64,000 nucleotides of DNA from an uncultured bacterium (lineage in GTDB: Bacteria > Bdellovibrionota > Bacteriovoracia > Bacteriovoracales > CAZZBM01): positions 235,908 to 299,907 of the forward strand of contig CAZZBM010000001.1 of the NCBI GenBank assembly GCA_964652255.1. Reading direction: 5' to 3'. Positions within the stretch are counted from its first letter, which is position 1. Each line of letters begins with the position of its first letter. Under the pieces are notes generated by a model, which was not told the DNA's origin, did no database searches, and saw only the letters and a program-made list of their open reading frames with translations. Below are positions 36,919 through 44,885 of this stretch, piece after piece. Both the position numbers and the translations under genes were made by a program.

Positions 36919-37794
36919 ATGCAAAGACTTTTTTTTCTTATTTTAATTTCTTGCGGAATAGGATCTATGGATCCAGCTTCAAGTGTTGCAATTATTAATA
37001 ATGCAAAAGATTTTGAATTTAATTTTTATTTTGATACAGATACACTCAAAAATCAGTATGAAGAATCTTTAAAAAAAATTCAAAGTATTGATATGATCTC
37101 TGATGAAAATTCAGAAAATAACTCAGATAATATTAATATAAATAACTCTGAACCTACATACATAGAAAAAAAAGTAAAAGAGTATATTCTTTATCAGCTG
37201 GGTAAATTTTATAATCCTTTTTCTCATCTTAATCTCCAAAACATTGTTTTTAAATTGAATAGATTTAATCATTCCAAGCAAACAATATCAGATAATGATC
37301 TTTCTGATTTTGTGAAATCTGTAAATAAAAATTCTTCTTTTACCGCACCTACATTTGAAATAAATATTTTTGTTTTAGAAAAAATAACATTTCATAATAA
37401 TGGTGATAAAGTTTTAGGACGATCTAAACTTTATCAAAATTCTATGTTTTTATTTGAAGCAGTTCTTCAAAATCATAGAAATGCTCAGAATTTAAATCTA
37501 TCTGAAGATTATAAACAAGCTTTATTTTTTCTTTTGCCTTCTATTCAAACAATTTTACATGAATTTGGTCATTTAATTGGAACTTTAAGTTGTTCCGAAG
37601 AAGCTAGTAGTGATAAAGAATTTCATTGTACAACTAATAATTGTTTAATGAATAAAAGTAATAATGGAATGGGTGCAAATAATCTTTATTCAAATCTTAT
37701 AGACAATATTCTATCTTCTGATTTTTCTAAAATCGAATCTCATTTTTGTAAACACTGTCAGTCTTGTTTGTTAAAAAAAGTTTTAGCTCAATGA
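36919..37794 (+). CDS. zinc metalloprotease-like lipoprotein with archaemetzincin-like Cys motifs
   Basis: N-terminus MQRLFFLILISC (lipobox). HEFGHLIGTLSC matches HExxHxxGx3C. Followed by CTTNNCLM (Cx4CxM) and CKHC (CxxC). Confidence 0.55.
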   Translation: MQRLFFLILISCGIGSMDPASSVAIINNAKDFEFNFYFDTDTLKNQYEESLKKIQSIDMISDENSENNSDNININNSEPTYIEKKVKEYILYQLGKFYNPFSHLNLQNIVFKLNRFNHSKQTISDNDLSDFVKSVNKNSSFTAPTFEINIFVLEKITFHNNGDKVLGRSKLYQNSMFLFEAVLQNHRNAQNLNLSEDYKQALFFLLPSIQTILHEFGHLIGTLSCSEEASSDKEFHCTTNNCLMNKSNNGMGANNLYSNLIDNILSSDFSKIESHFCKHCQSCLLKKVLAQ

Positions 37795-38397
37795 AAATTC
37801 AAAATTTTTAGAAACAAAATCCCAAGAACAGATTTTCCAAAAATCTTTTAAGTACTGAGCTCTATCACTTTGATAGGTGAGATAGTAGGCGTGTTCCCAG
37901 ACGTCTATAGCAAGAAGAATTTGGCATGATTGTTCCATAAGAGGATTATTTTGATTTGGAGTAGAGATAATTTTAAGACCTTCTTTGTTTTTAATAAGCC
38001 AAACAAAGCCTGAACCAAACTGAGCTTTTCCTGCATTTTCCATGAGTTCTTGAAACTTTTCAAAAGAAGAAAAGGTTTTCTCAATTTCTTCTTTTAGCTG
38101 AGAGCTAGGTATTTGAACTTCTTCAATAGGTTTTAAGCAGTTCCAAAAGAAACAATGATTAAAATGACCACCTGCTTGGTTTTTTAAACCTTGGGCTAGG
38201 GCAGGGGGGTAAGTATTCAAGGTTAAAAAAAAATCTGACCATTCTTTATTAATATCTATATGATTTTGTTCCACTAGATTTTTAAAGTTATTAATATAGG
38301 TTTGATGGTGTTTTGAGTGATGAACTTTCATTGTTTCAGGGGAAATTACAGGGGAATAACCTTCATAAGAAATTTCTGGTAGTTGAAAATGAACCAT
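37783..38397 (-). CDS. sodA: superoxide dismutase, Fe/Mn family, Mn-type signature
   Basis: DVWEHAYYL motif. GGHFNH and STPNQ resemble the Mn-type (SodA) pattern rather than the Fe type. 204 aa. Confidence 0.88.
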   Translation of the reverse strand: MVHFQLPEISYEGYSPVISPETMKVHHSKHHQTYINNFKNLVEQNHIDINKEWSDFFLTLNTYPPALAQGLKNQAGGHFNHCFFWNCLKPIEEVQIPSSQLKEEIEKTFSSFEKFQELMENAGKAQFGSGFVWLIKNKEGLKIISTPNQNNPLMEQSCQILLAIDVWEHAYYLTYQSDRAQYLKDFWKICSWDFVSKNFEFSLS

Positions 38398-38419
38398 AGG
38401 ACTTTGCTCCTTTTCTCTC

Positions 38420-38448
38420 TTGACGAAAGATGCTTAATAGTAATAAAT
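38420..38448 (+). promoter_or_regulatory. candidate sigma70-type promoter for rpsD
   Basis: TTGACG-17 nt-ATAAAT lies 30 nt upstream of the rpsD ATG. A GAGGAG Shine-Dalgarno follows. Confidence 0.4.
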
Positions 38449-38477
38449 AGAGCTTCTTAGAGTCAAGAGGAGAATAG

Positions 38478-39107
38478 ATGGCTAAAGCAATAATGGGAAA
38501 ATCAAGTTTTAAGATTCAGCGTCGTTTAGGGGTAGAATTACCTGGTTTAGGAAAAGCAGGGGCTTTATCTAGAAGACCTTATGGTCCTGGTCAACATGGA
38601 ATGAAAAGAAAGAAACTTTCTGATTATATGGTTCGACTCATGGAAAAACAAAAACTTCTTTTTCACTATGGATTAAGAGAAAAATATCTAGTTAATCAAG
38701 TGAAAAAAGCAAAAAAAGACAAGTCCCACTCTTGGGTTGATACTTTAGTAACAACCTTAGAAAGGAGATTAGATAATGTTGTTTTTAGAGCTGGTTGGGC
38801 TCCAAGTTTATCTGCAGCAAAACAAATGGTCACACATGGTCATGTTTTAGTAAATGGTAAAAAAGTAAACATTCCTTCCTATGTTGTCTCTGTTGGGAGT
38901 GAAGTTCAGTTAAAAGAAACAGCTCTTCAAAATGGATCTTACTTACAAGCAAAGGCAAGACCAAGATTAAGTACTTTACCTGCTTATTTAGAAAAATTAG
39001 GAGCTTCACATAAGGAGCTTGTTACTTTAAAAAGCTCACCTTTACCTGAAGATATTCCATTTCCTTTTGAAAAACGTCTTGTCATTGAGTATTACTGGAA
39101 AGTTTAA
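38478..39107 (+). CDS. rpsD: 30S ribosomal protein S4
   Basis: 209 aa. S4 RNA-binding domain RLDNVVFRAGWAPSLSAAKQMVTHGHVLVNGKKVNIPSY. Confidence 0.93.
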   Translation: MAKAIMGKSSFKIQRRLGVELPGLGKAGALSRRPYGPGQHGMKRKKLSDYMVRLMEKQKLLFHYGLREKYLVNQVKKAKKDKSHSWVDTLVTTLERRLDNVVFRAGWAPSLSAAKQMVTHGHVLVNGKKVNIPSYVVSVGSEVQLKETALQNGSYLQAKARPRLSTLPAYLEKLGASHKELVTLKSSPLPEDIPFPFEKRLVIEYYWKV

Positions 39108-39132
39108 TTAGAATCTTTTATACTATCAATAA

Positions 39133-39603
39133 GTGGAAAAACGTTTACTTGTTCTTATTTTTTATTCACTCCTCCTTTTATTTTTCTTTTCTTTAAAATC
39201 ATATCAAAAACATTTTAAAGACGATTTTTCTTTTGCATCTTTCTTTTTACCTAAGAAAGATGTTGTGCAAGAAAAAAAAGAGGAGCCTTTATTTGAATTA
39301 CCTCTTACAACAGAAAAATTACAAAGAGGTTATAAGATCTATCATGAAAAGGGAGAATGTCTTCTTTGTCATGGAGCTTATGGTGAAGGCAATCCTGAGA
39401 GAGAAGGACCAATTTTAGCTCATCAATATGAGTGGTATTTAAGAGAACAGTTAGATTTATTTAAAGAAAAAAAAAGAAACAATCCAGAGATGTATCCTTA
39501 TCTTTTAAAATTAACAAAAGAAGACTTTGATGATGTAGCTCATTATGTTTCACATTTAAGAATTGTTTCTAGACAATTAAAAGAAAAACCTATAAAAAAC
39601 TAA
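39133..39603 (+). CDS. membrane-anchored class I c-type cytochrome
   Basis: N-terminal TM helix. A single heme-binding CLLCHG (CxxCH). 156 aa, GTG start. Confidence 0.7.
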   Translation: MEKRLLVLIFYSLLLLFFFSLKSYQKHFKDDFSFASFFLPKKDVVQEKKEEPLFELPLTTEKLQRGYKIYHEKGECLLCHGAYGEGNPEREGPILAHQYEWYLREQLDLFKEKKRNNPEMYPYLLKLTKEDFDDVAHYVSHLRIVSRQLKEKPIKN

Positions 39604-39611
39604 TTCTAAAA

Positions 39612-39688
39612 GGGATCATAGCTCAGTTGGTTAGAGCTACCGGCTCATAACCGGTTGGTCCAAGGTTCGAGTCCTTGTGATCCCACCA
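39612..39688 (+). tRNA. tRNA with CAU anticodon (elongator Met or lysidine-modified Ile2; not initiator)
   Basis: Acceptor GGGATCA/TGATCCC (G1-C72 paired, so not the initiator). Anticodon stem-loop ACCGG-CTCATAA-CCGGT, T-arm CAAGG-TTCGAGT-CCTTG, encoded CCA. Confidence 0.88.
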
Positions 39689-39699
39689 ATTTTAAAATC

Positions 39700-40077
39700 A
39701 TGAATAAAGCTAGTGTTGTTGTTTTTTGTACTTTAAAGGAAGAATTTATTTTATTTCCTAGAAAAGGTAGCTTTTTACTAGAGAGCCCTGGGGGAAAATT
39801 AGAACCCAATGAAACCCTTATTGAGTGTGCTATTAGAGAAATTCATGAAGAGGTGAATGTTGTTTTAACTAAAAATGATCTTATTTTTTTTAATACTATG
39901 CTTCATAAAAAACCTACAGAAAGTACTCTTATCTATACTTATTTATGTTTAAACAAAGAACCTTTTGGAACAAAAATTCCTTATAGTAAGTTGCAAGATT
40001 ACCCCTTAGCTTTCAAAGAAGATATTCTTGGTCTTTATTTGAATATCATTACCTTTTTAAAACAGTGCTCTTTCTAA
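39700..40077 (+). CDS. NUDIX hydrolase
   Basis: Nudix box GGKLEPNETLIECAIREIHEEVNV (Gx5Ex7REUxEExGU). The ATG at 39700 is used because the track ORF start lies inside the tRNA. Confidence 0.8.
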   Translation: MNKASVVVFCTLKEEFILFPRKGSFLLESPGGKLEPNETLIECAIREIHEEVNVVLTKNDLIFFNTMLHKKPTESTLIYTYLCLNKEPFGTKIPYSKLQDYPLAFKEDILGLYLNIITFLKQCSF

Positions 40078-40119
40078 AATTAAAAATATTTCAAAAGAAT
40101 ACCGTAATAGTTAGTTAAG

Positions 40120-40827
40120 ATGTTTCTATTTTTTATTCAAGCTTATACTTTTATAAGTTCAACTGAGGTACAAATTGAACCTGGATATAAGTCGAGTACT
40201 TCTTCTTGTTTTTTAAAATCCCCCACTCTCCTTCAAAAAGATCCTAGAAAGCCTTGTACTTTAGTAAAAGGGGAGCAAAAATTAATAATTCCAGCAACAG
40301 AATTTTCTTTACAACTTTTAGGTTCTCCTAGAGAAAATCCCATTAAACTTCAAAGTTCTATTGCTTTAGATAAAAATGAATTAGCTAAAAAAATCAAGGG
40401 TTGTACTATTGTGAATATAGAAAATTTATCTTCTCAAACATTTTTAATTACAGTGGCTGAATCTTGTATTTTTAAACTTGAAAGAAATTCTTTGATAGTT
40501 GAAGGGATGGTGAATCAGGAATTTATTAAAAATATCTTTATTAATAAATCTTTAGCTTCGCAACCCATAGAAGATAGTCCAAGAAGAGCTTTAGCGAGTA
40601 AAAAATCTAGTATCAAAGAATCTTTAATGGAAGAACCCTCTAGAGAGGTTACTAATCTTGAAGAGGTTAAATCTAGCACTAAGAGTCCTTCTGTTGAGCG
40701 TAAAATTAATTCTATAGATCAGCAACAACTTCCTAAAGAGGAAGAGTCTCCTTCTTTTCAGCCATGGAATGAACCTTTTGAATCAGAAAAACTCATAGAT
40801 TTCTCACAAGAAGAAAATACTTTCTAG
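40120..40827 (+). CDS. hypothetical secreted protein with low-complexity acidic/Ser-rich C-terminus
   Basis: 235 aa. Hydrophobic N-terminus, conserved-looking Cys pairs, no known motif. First gene of the TadC-like/FHA cluster. Confidence 0.5.
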   Translation: MFLFFIQAYTFISSTEVQIEPGYKSSTSSCFLKSPTLLQKDPRKPCTLVKGEQKLIIPATEFSLQLLGSPRENPIKLQSSIALDKNELAKKIKGCTIVNIENLSSQTFLITVAESCIFKLERNSLIVEGMVNQEFIKNIFINKSLASQPIEDSPRRALASKKSSIKESLMEEPSREVTNLEEVKSSTKSPSVERKINSIDQQQLPKEEESPSFQPWNEPFESEKLIDFSQEENTF

Positions 40828-40877
40828 GAAAAAAGACTCTCACTAAATATTTTTCTCTCTTTCTTTTAAAATAAGAG

Positions 40878-42158
40878 GTGTGGTTTTTATTTTACCTGAA
40901 AGCTTCTTGTGAAAATTTCAAAGATTTTGATTTTTCTTGTGCTCAAAATCAAGTTTCTAAGTTAAAAACCTTAGAAATAAAAATAGAAACTTTATCTTCT
41001 AAAAAAATTCTTGTTCAAGATGATAAGGGTTATCTACATTTATTTAAGGTTAGTGATTTAATTAATTCTCAAACCACTTGTGCTCTTTATTTTCATCATA
41101 AAAGCTTTAAGAATAATGCTTTTACTTCTACCTCTTTAAGAACTGATTTAAATTATGGAGCTTGGTCGAGTGCTCAACTAGAGGGTTTATTTTCTTTAAA
41201 AAAATCAGGTAAAGACTGTCTTCTTTCTATTGATAGAGGACTTATCTTAGAAAAAGATCTTGAAAAAAAAGAAGAAAATTTATGGGTTATTATTCTTTCT
41301 TTAACTCTTTTAGGGCTCAGTGTTTTTCTCATTGCCAGAAATCTTTTTCAAGAAGAAGAGCAACTTCAAGCTAGCCAAGGACTTGAAGAGAGTTCTAGTG
41401 AAGGTCAATCTTCTTTTTTATTAAAATTAAAACCTCTTTTAAAGCAATATCTTGTTCCTCTTTTAAGTCAAAGAAAAAAACAACTCCAAGAAGATTACAA
41501 AAGATCCTTGGCTATGGCAGGTTTAACCAAGAGTTTAACTCCAGAAGAATTTTTTTCTCTAAAGCTTATTCTTATTTTAATTTTTCCTCTTTTATTTCTT
41601 ATTTTTAGATTTTTACTAGAAGCTCAGTGGAATGTTTTTTATGCTTTACCTGTAGGTCTTTTAGGTTTTTATTATCCTAATATTTGGATCAAAGGTTTAA
41701 TTGAAAAAAGACAGGAAGATCTTAATTTACAAATGCCTTTTGTTGTAGATATGTTAGCTCTTTCTGTTGAAGCAGGATTAGATTTTTCAGCTGCCATAGC
41801 TAGAATTATTGACAAGGCTCCAAAAGGTCCTCTAGTAGAAGAGTTCTCTATTTTTTTAAAAGAAGTTCAGGTAGGTTCTTCTCGAGCTGATGCTCTTAGA
41901 AATCTTAGCTGGAGAGTGAATACTATTACCATTGCCTCTTTTACTTCTACTTTAATTGCAGCTGATTCAGTAGGAGCTTCTATTGGTGGAATCTTGAAAG
42001 AACTCTCAAGAGAGTTAAGACAAAAAAGAAGTACTTTAATAGAGAAAAAAGGAGCTCAAGCTTCTACCAAGATGATGTTTCCGATGATGTTATTTATTTT
42101 ACCTGCTATTTTTATTATCATTGCTGCCCCCTTTGTGATACAATTTTTCAATACATGA
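40878..42158 (+). CDS. T2SS-F-domain protein (TadB/TadC-like pilus platform protein) with ~140-aa N-terminal extra domain
   Basis: The C-terminal ~250 aa has the T2SSF pattern (LQMPFVVDMLALSVEAGLDFSAAIARII...ADALRNLSWRV) flanked by TM helices. Single T2SSF domain. The GTG start is uncertain. Confidence 0.65.
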   Translation: MWFLFYLKASCENFKDFDFSCAQNQVSKLKTLEIKIETLSSKKILVQDDKGYLHLFKVSDLINSQTTCALYFHHKSFKNNAFTSTSLRTDLNYGAWSSAQLEGLFSLKKSGKDCLLSIDRGLILEKDLEKKEENLWVIILSLTLLGLSVFLIARNLFQEEEQLQASQGLEESSSEGQSSFLLKLKPLLKQYLVPLLSQRKKQLQEDYKRSLAMAGLTKSLTPEEFFSLKLILILIFPLLFLIFRFLLEAQWNVFYALPVGLLGFYYPNIWIKGLIEKRQEDLNLQMPFVVDMLALSVEAGLDFSAAIARIIDKAPKGPLVEEFSIFLKEVQVGSSRADALRNLSWRVNTITIASFTSTLIAADSVGASIGGILKELSRELRQKRSTLIEKKGAQASTKMMFPMMLFILPAIFIIIAAPFVIQFFNT

Positions 42159-42499
42159 TTTCTTTAGATGGAATTTTAGTTGAAGATTCTTTTGTAGCTC
42201 AAAATATTTTCACTTCCACTTTAGGTTACATGTTTAGAAAAGAACCTCATTATTCTATGATTTATTTTCCTAAATCTTTTTTAAGATTGAATTTATCTTT
42301 TCATACTTTTTTTTGTTCTTTTCCTTTAAACTTTTATTTTTTCAACAAACATCAAGAGGTCATTGGTTTGTTACTTCAAATAGAGCCTTGGGGTTATTTT
42401 TCTATGAGATCTCAACATTATGAATCTCTTTTAGAAGTTCCCACTTCTTCTTCCTGGAATCAATCTCTACGTTTAGGAACAAAATTATGTATAAATTAG
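42155..42499 (+). CDS. DUF192-like protein
   Basis: 114 aa. LGYMFRKEP, FHTFFCSFPLNFYFFNK...VIGLLLQIEPW and SLLEVPTSS...LRLGTKL parallel the DUF192 (COG1430) blocks. ATGA overlap upstream. Confidence 0.5.
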   Translation: MISLDGILVEDSFVAQNIFTSTLGYMFRKEPHYSMIYFPKSFLRLNLSFHTFFCSFPLNFYFFNKHQEVIGLLLQIEPWGYFSMRSQHYESLLEVPTSSSWNQSLRLGTKLCIN

Positions 42500-43971
42500 T
42501 TGTTGTTGGTGGCAAAAAAAGAGGTTTAGAGTATGTTTTAAAAGAAGGAGAAAACATTTTAGGTTCTGATAGCACTCTTGATATTGTTTTAACCCATAAT
42601 AGTCTTTCCAAAAAACATTGTAAAATTACTTTAGATAATAATTCTTTATTTTTAGAAGATTTAGGTTCTACCAATGGAACAATTCTTAACGGGAGTCTTA
42701 TTTTACAAAAAAAACTAGAAGAAAATGATCTTATTGCTATTCCTGGGTATATTTTTAAAATTATTTATAAAAAAGATCCTATTCTTACAGAAGAAGAGAA
42801 GAAGCTTTCCTTGCAAGAAAAAATTCTTCTTCTTTTTAAGAAAAATATTTTACCTCTTTTACTCACACTTAATAAAGACTATGAATGGAGATTTTTGTGG
42901 GTTAGTTTTTTAGTAATTTTTACTTTTTTAGGAACTCTATTTTCTTTTATTCCAGTTTTTAATGATCAAAATTTTTATCTAGAAAAAGAATCTTTAGATA
43001 AAGCTGAACAATTTATTCAAGAAGCCATCAGAAAGAATACCCTTTTTTTAGCTAATAAAAGATATGAGGAAGTTCAGATTGATTTTTTAGATAATAAAGA
43101 CGGAGTTTTATTTTATGAACTTATGGATAAAGAAGGAAGGATTTTAAGACCAAGTTATAAAATGAATACTTTTAGTGCGGATTCTTTCTCTCTTGAAACT
43201 CTTTCTTTTTTTGGAAAAAATTCTGAAGAAAAAAAGTTCTTTTCAAAGAAGATTCAATCTAATGAATATGGAGTCGGTAAAGTTATTAAAGCTTTTAATG
43301 AGAAAGCTGGTCGAGAAGAAACTGTAGGTTATCTTACTTTAAAAATTCTACCTACTAATTTACTTCTCATGCAATCAAAGGAGGGAATTCAACTTATTAA
43401 AAGTTTTTTCATTCTTTTATTTTTTGCTCTTCTTTCTTATTTTATTGTTTATTATTTAACAAAATTTCATTTAACAACACTGCAGGAAAAAGCTGAAGAG
43501 GTTTTAAAAACTCCTGATCAAGAGTTAAAATATGACTACAAAGTAGAAGAATTTTATCCTCTTATTAGTCTTTTTAATAGTTTATTAACCAAAATCAAGA
43601 GTTATGAAGGAGTTTCCCCTACAGAAGAAGATGCTCAGTCTTATTTAGATTTAGCTGATTATTTTCATCAGCTAGCATCAACCCCTTGTGTTCTTCTTAA
43701 CGGGGAAAAACTTGTCTATAAAATAAATTCTTCAGCAGAGGAACTTCTTGGCTTAAGACAAAGTTCAACTCTGAATCAAAGTTTTTTAGAGCTCATTAGA
43801 GATCCTGGTCTTTCCAGTCAATTACTTAATCTTATAGATCAGTGTCAGTTTTCAACATTATCTAGCAATAATTATGAAATAGGAGGCAGAAACTACGCTC
43901 TTTCTGTTTTATTACTAAAGGGAAAAGATCTCAACCCAAAAGCTTATTTTTTACAATTTAAATCTGAATAA
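42487..43971 (+). CDS. FHA-domain membrane protein with two TM helices and PAS-like C-terminus
   Basis: N-terminal FHA (ILGSDSTLDIVL...SKKHCKI...LEDLGSTNGTILNG). TM helices near residues 140 and 300. The C-terminus LLNGEKLVYKINSSAEELLGLRQS is PAS-like. No output domain. Confidence 0.7.
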   Translation: MYKLVVVGGKKRGLEYVLKEGENILGSDSTLDIVLTHNSLSKKHCKITLDNNSLFLEDLGSTNGTILNGSLILQKKLEENDLIAIPGYIFKIIYKKDPILTEEEKKLSLQEKILLLFKKNILPLLLTLNKDYEWRFLWVSFLVIFTFLGTLFSFIPVFNDQNFYLEKESLDKAEQFIQEAIRKNTLFLANKRYEEVQIDFLDNKDGVLFYELMDKEGRILRPSYKMNTFSADSFSLETLSFFGKNSEEKKFFSKKIQSNEYGVGKVIKAFNEKAGREETVGYLTLKILPTNLLLMQSKEGIQLIKSFFILLFFALLSYFIVYYLTKFHLTTLQEKAEEVLKTPDQELKYDYKVEEFYPLISLFNSLLTKIKSYEGVSPTEEDAQSYLDLADYFHQLASTPCVLLNGEKLVYKINSSAEELLGLRQSSTLNQSFLELIRDPGLSSQLLNLIDQCQFSTLSSNNYEIGGRNYALSVLLLKGKDLNPKAYFLQFKSE

Positions 43972-44015
43972 TTTCAAGAAATTAACCGACATAAGAACAG
44001 GAGAGAATTGTTTTT

Positions 44016-44885
44016 ATGTTAAGTTACCGAGTTTTAAAATTAAAAAACTTTGAAAAACCTCCCTTAAAAGGTGCTTATCATCGCTTAGTGTGTTTAAAAG
44101 GAGAATTTGAAGGTTCCATTCTTTATCTTATAGGGGAAAAAGTGACCCTAGGTAGAGATGTTCATCATGATATTCATGCTCAAGATCTTTATCTTTCTAA
44201 GAATCATTTAGAATTTTATCAAAAAGGCTCTAAGCTTTTTATTACAGATCTTAAAACAACCAACGGTACTTTTGTTAATAATGAAAGAATTTCTCAAAAA
44301 GAACTTCAAGAAGAAGATATTATCTCTATTGGAGGTCTTCTTTTTAAATATGAGTATGAAAAATTAAATGCATCTTCTTTAAAAATTTCTAAAAGGTTTT
44401 TATATTTAAGCCTTATTGCTCTTTTACTTCTTTATCTTCAAAAAAAACCTTCATCTTCTGCTCCTATAAAAATTTTACCTAAAGAAAATATTATTATTGA
44501 TGAGGAGCCTATAGAGAAGAAACATTTCATAGATGAAGAATTAGAAAAATTTTATAAAAGAGGATTAAGGGAATTATCTCACAAAAATTATTTAAGAGCT
44601 GAAGAAGAATTTAAACAAGCCTTAGCACTATACCCAAAAGATTCTTATGCTTCTTTTTATTTACAAAAAGCACAAGATTACTATCAAAAACACTTAGAAC
44701 ATATTCTTCTTTCTGCTGAGAGAGCCGAAGGAAAAAAACAATATAAACTTGCGCTTAATTACTATTGTTCTCTTGTACCTTCTTTAAAAAAGAAAAATAA
44801 AAAAGATCTTTTAGAAAAGATCAGTCAAAAAGTGAAAGAATTAAAAATCAATTCAAAGGATTATCATGAAGATCACTGTTTATGA
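44016..44885 (+). CDS. FHA-domain membrane protein with TPR-like C-terminus
   Basis: FHA motifs TLGRD...SKNHLEF...DLKTTNGTFVNN. One TM helix (LYLSLIALLLLYL). TPR-like NYLRAEEEFKQALALYPKDSYASFYL. Confidence 0.72.
   Translation: MLSYRVLKLKNFEKPPLKGAYHRLVCLKGEFEGSILYLIGEKVTLGRDVHHDIHAQDLYLSKNHLEFYQKGSKLFITDLKTTNGTFVNNERISQKELQEEDIISIGGLLFKYEYEKLNASSLKISKRFLYLSLIALLLLYLQKKPSSSAPIKILPKENIIIDEEPIEKKHFIDEELEKFYKRGLRELSHKNYLRAEEEFKQALALYPKDSYASFYLQKAQDYYQKHLEHILLSAERAEGKKQYKLALNYYCSLVPSLKKKNKKDLLEKISQKVKELKINSKDYHEDHCL

Noticed and set aside
39655-39699. N-terminal 15 codons of the track ORF for the NUDIX gene
   Set aside because: These codons lie inside the tRNA(CAU) gene. The ATG at 39700, just after the tRNA 3' end, gives a normal NUDIX N-terminus.
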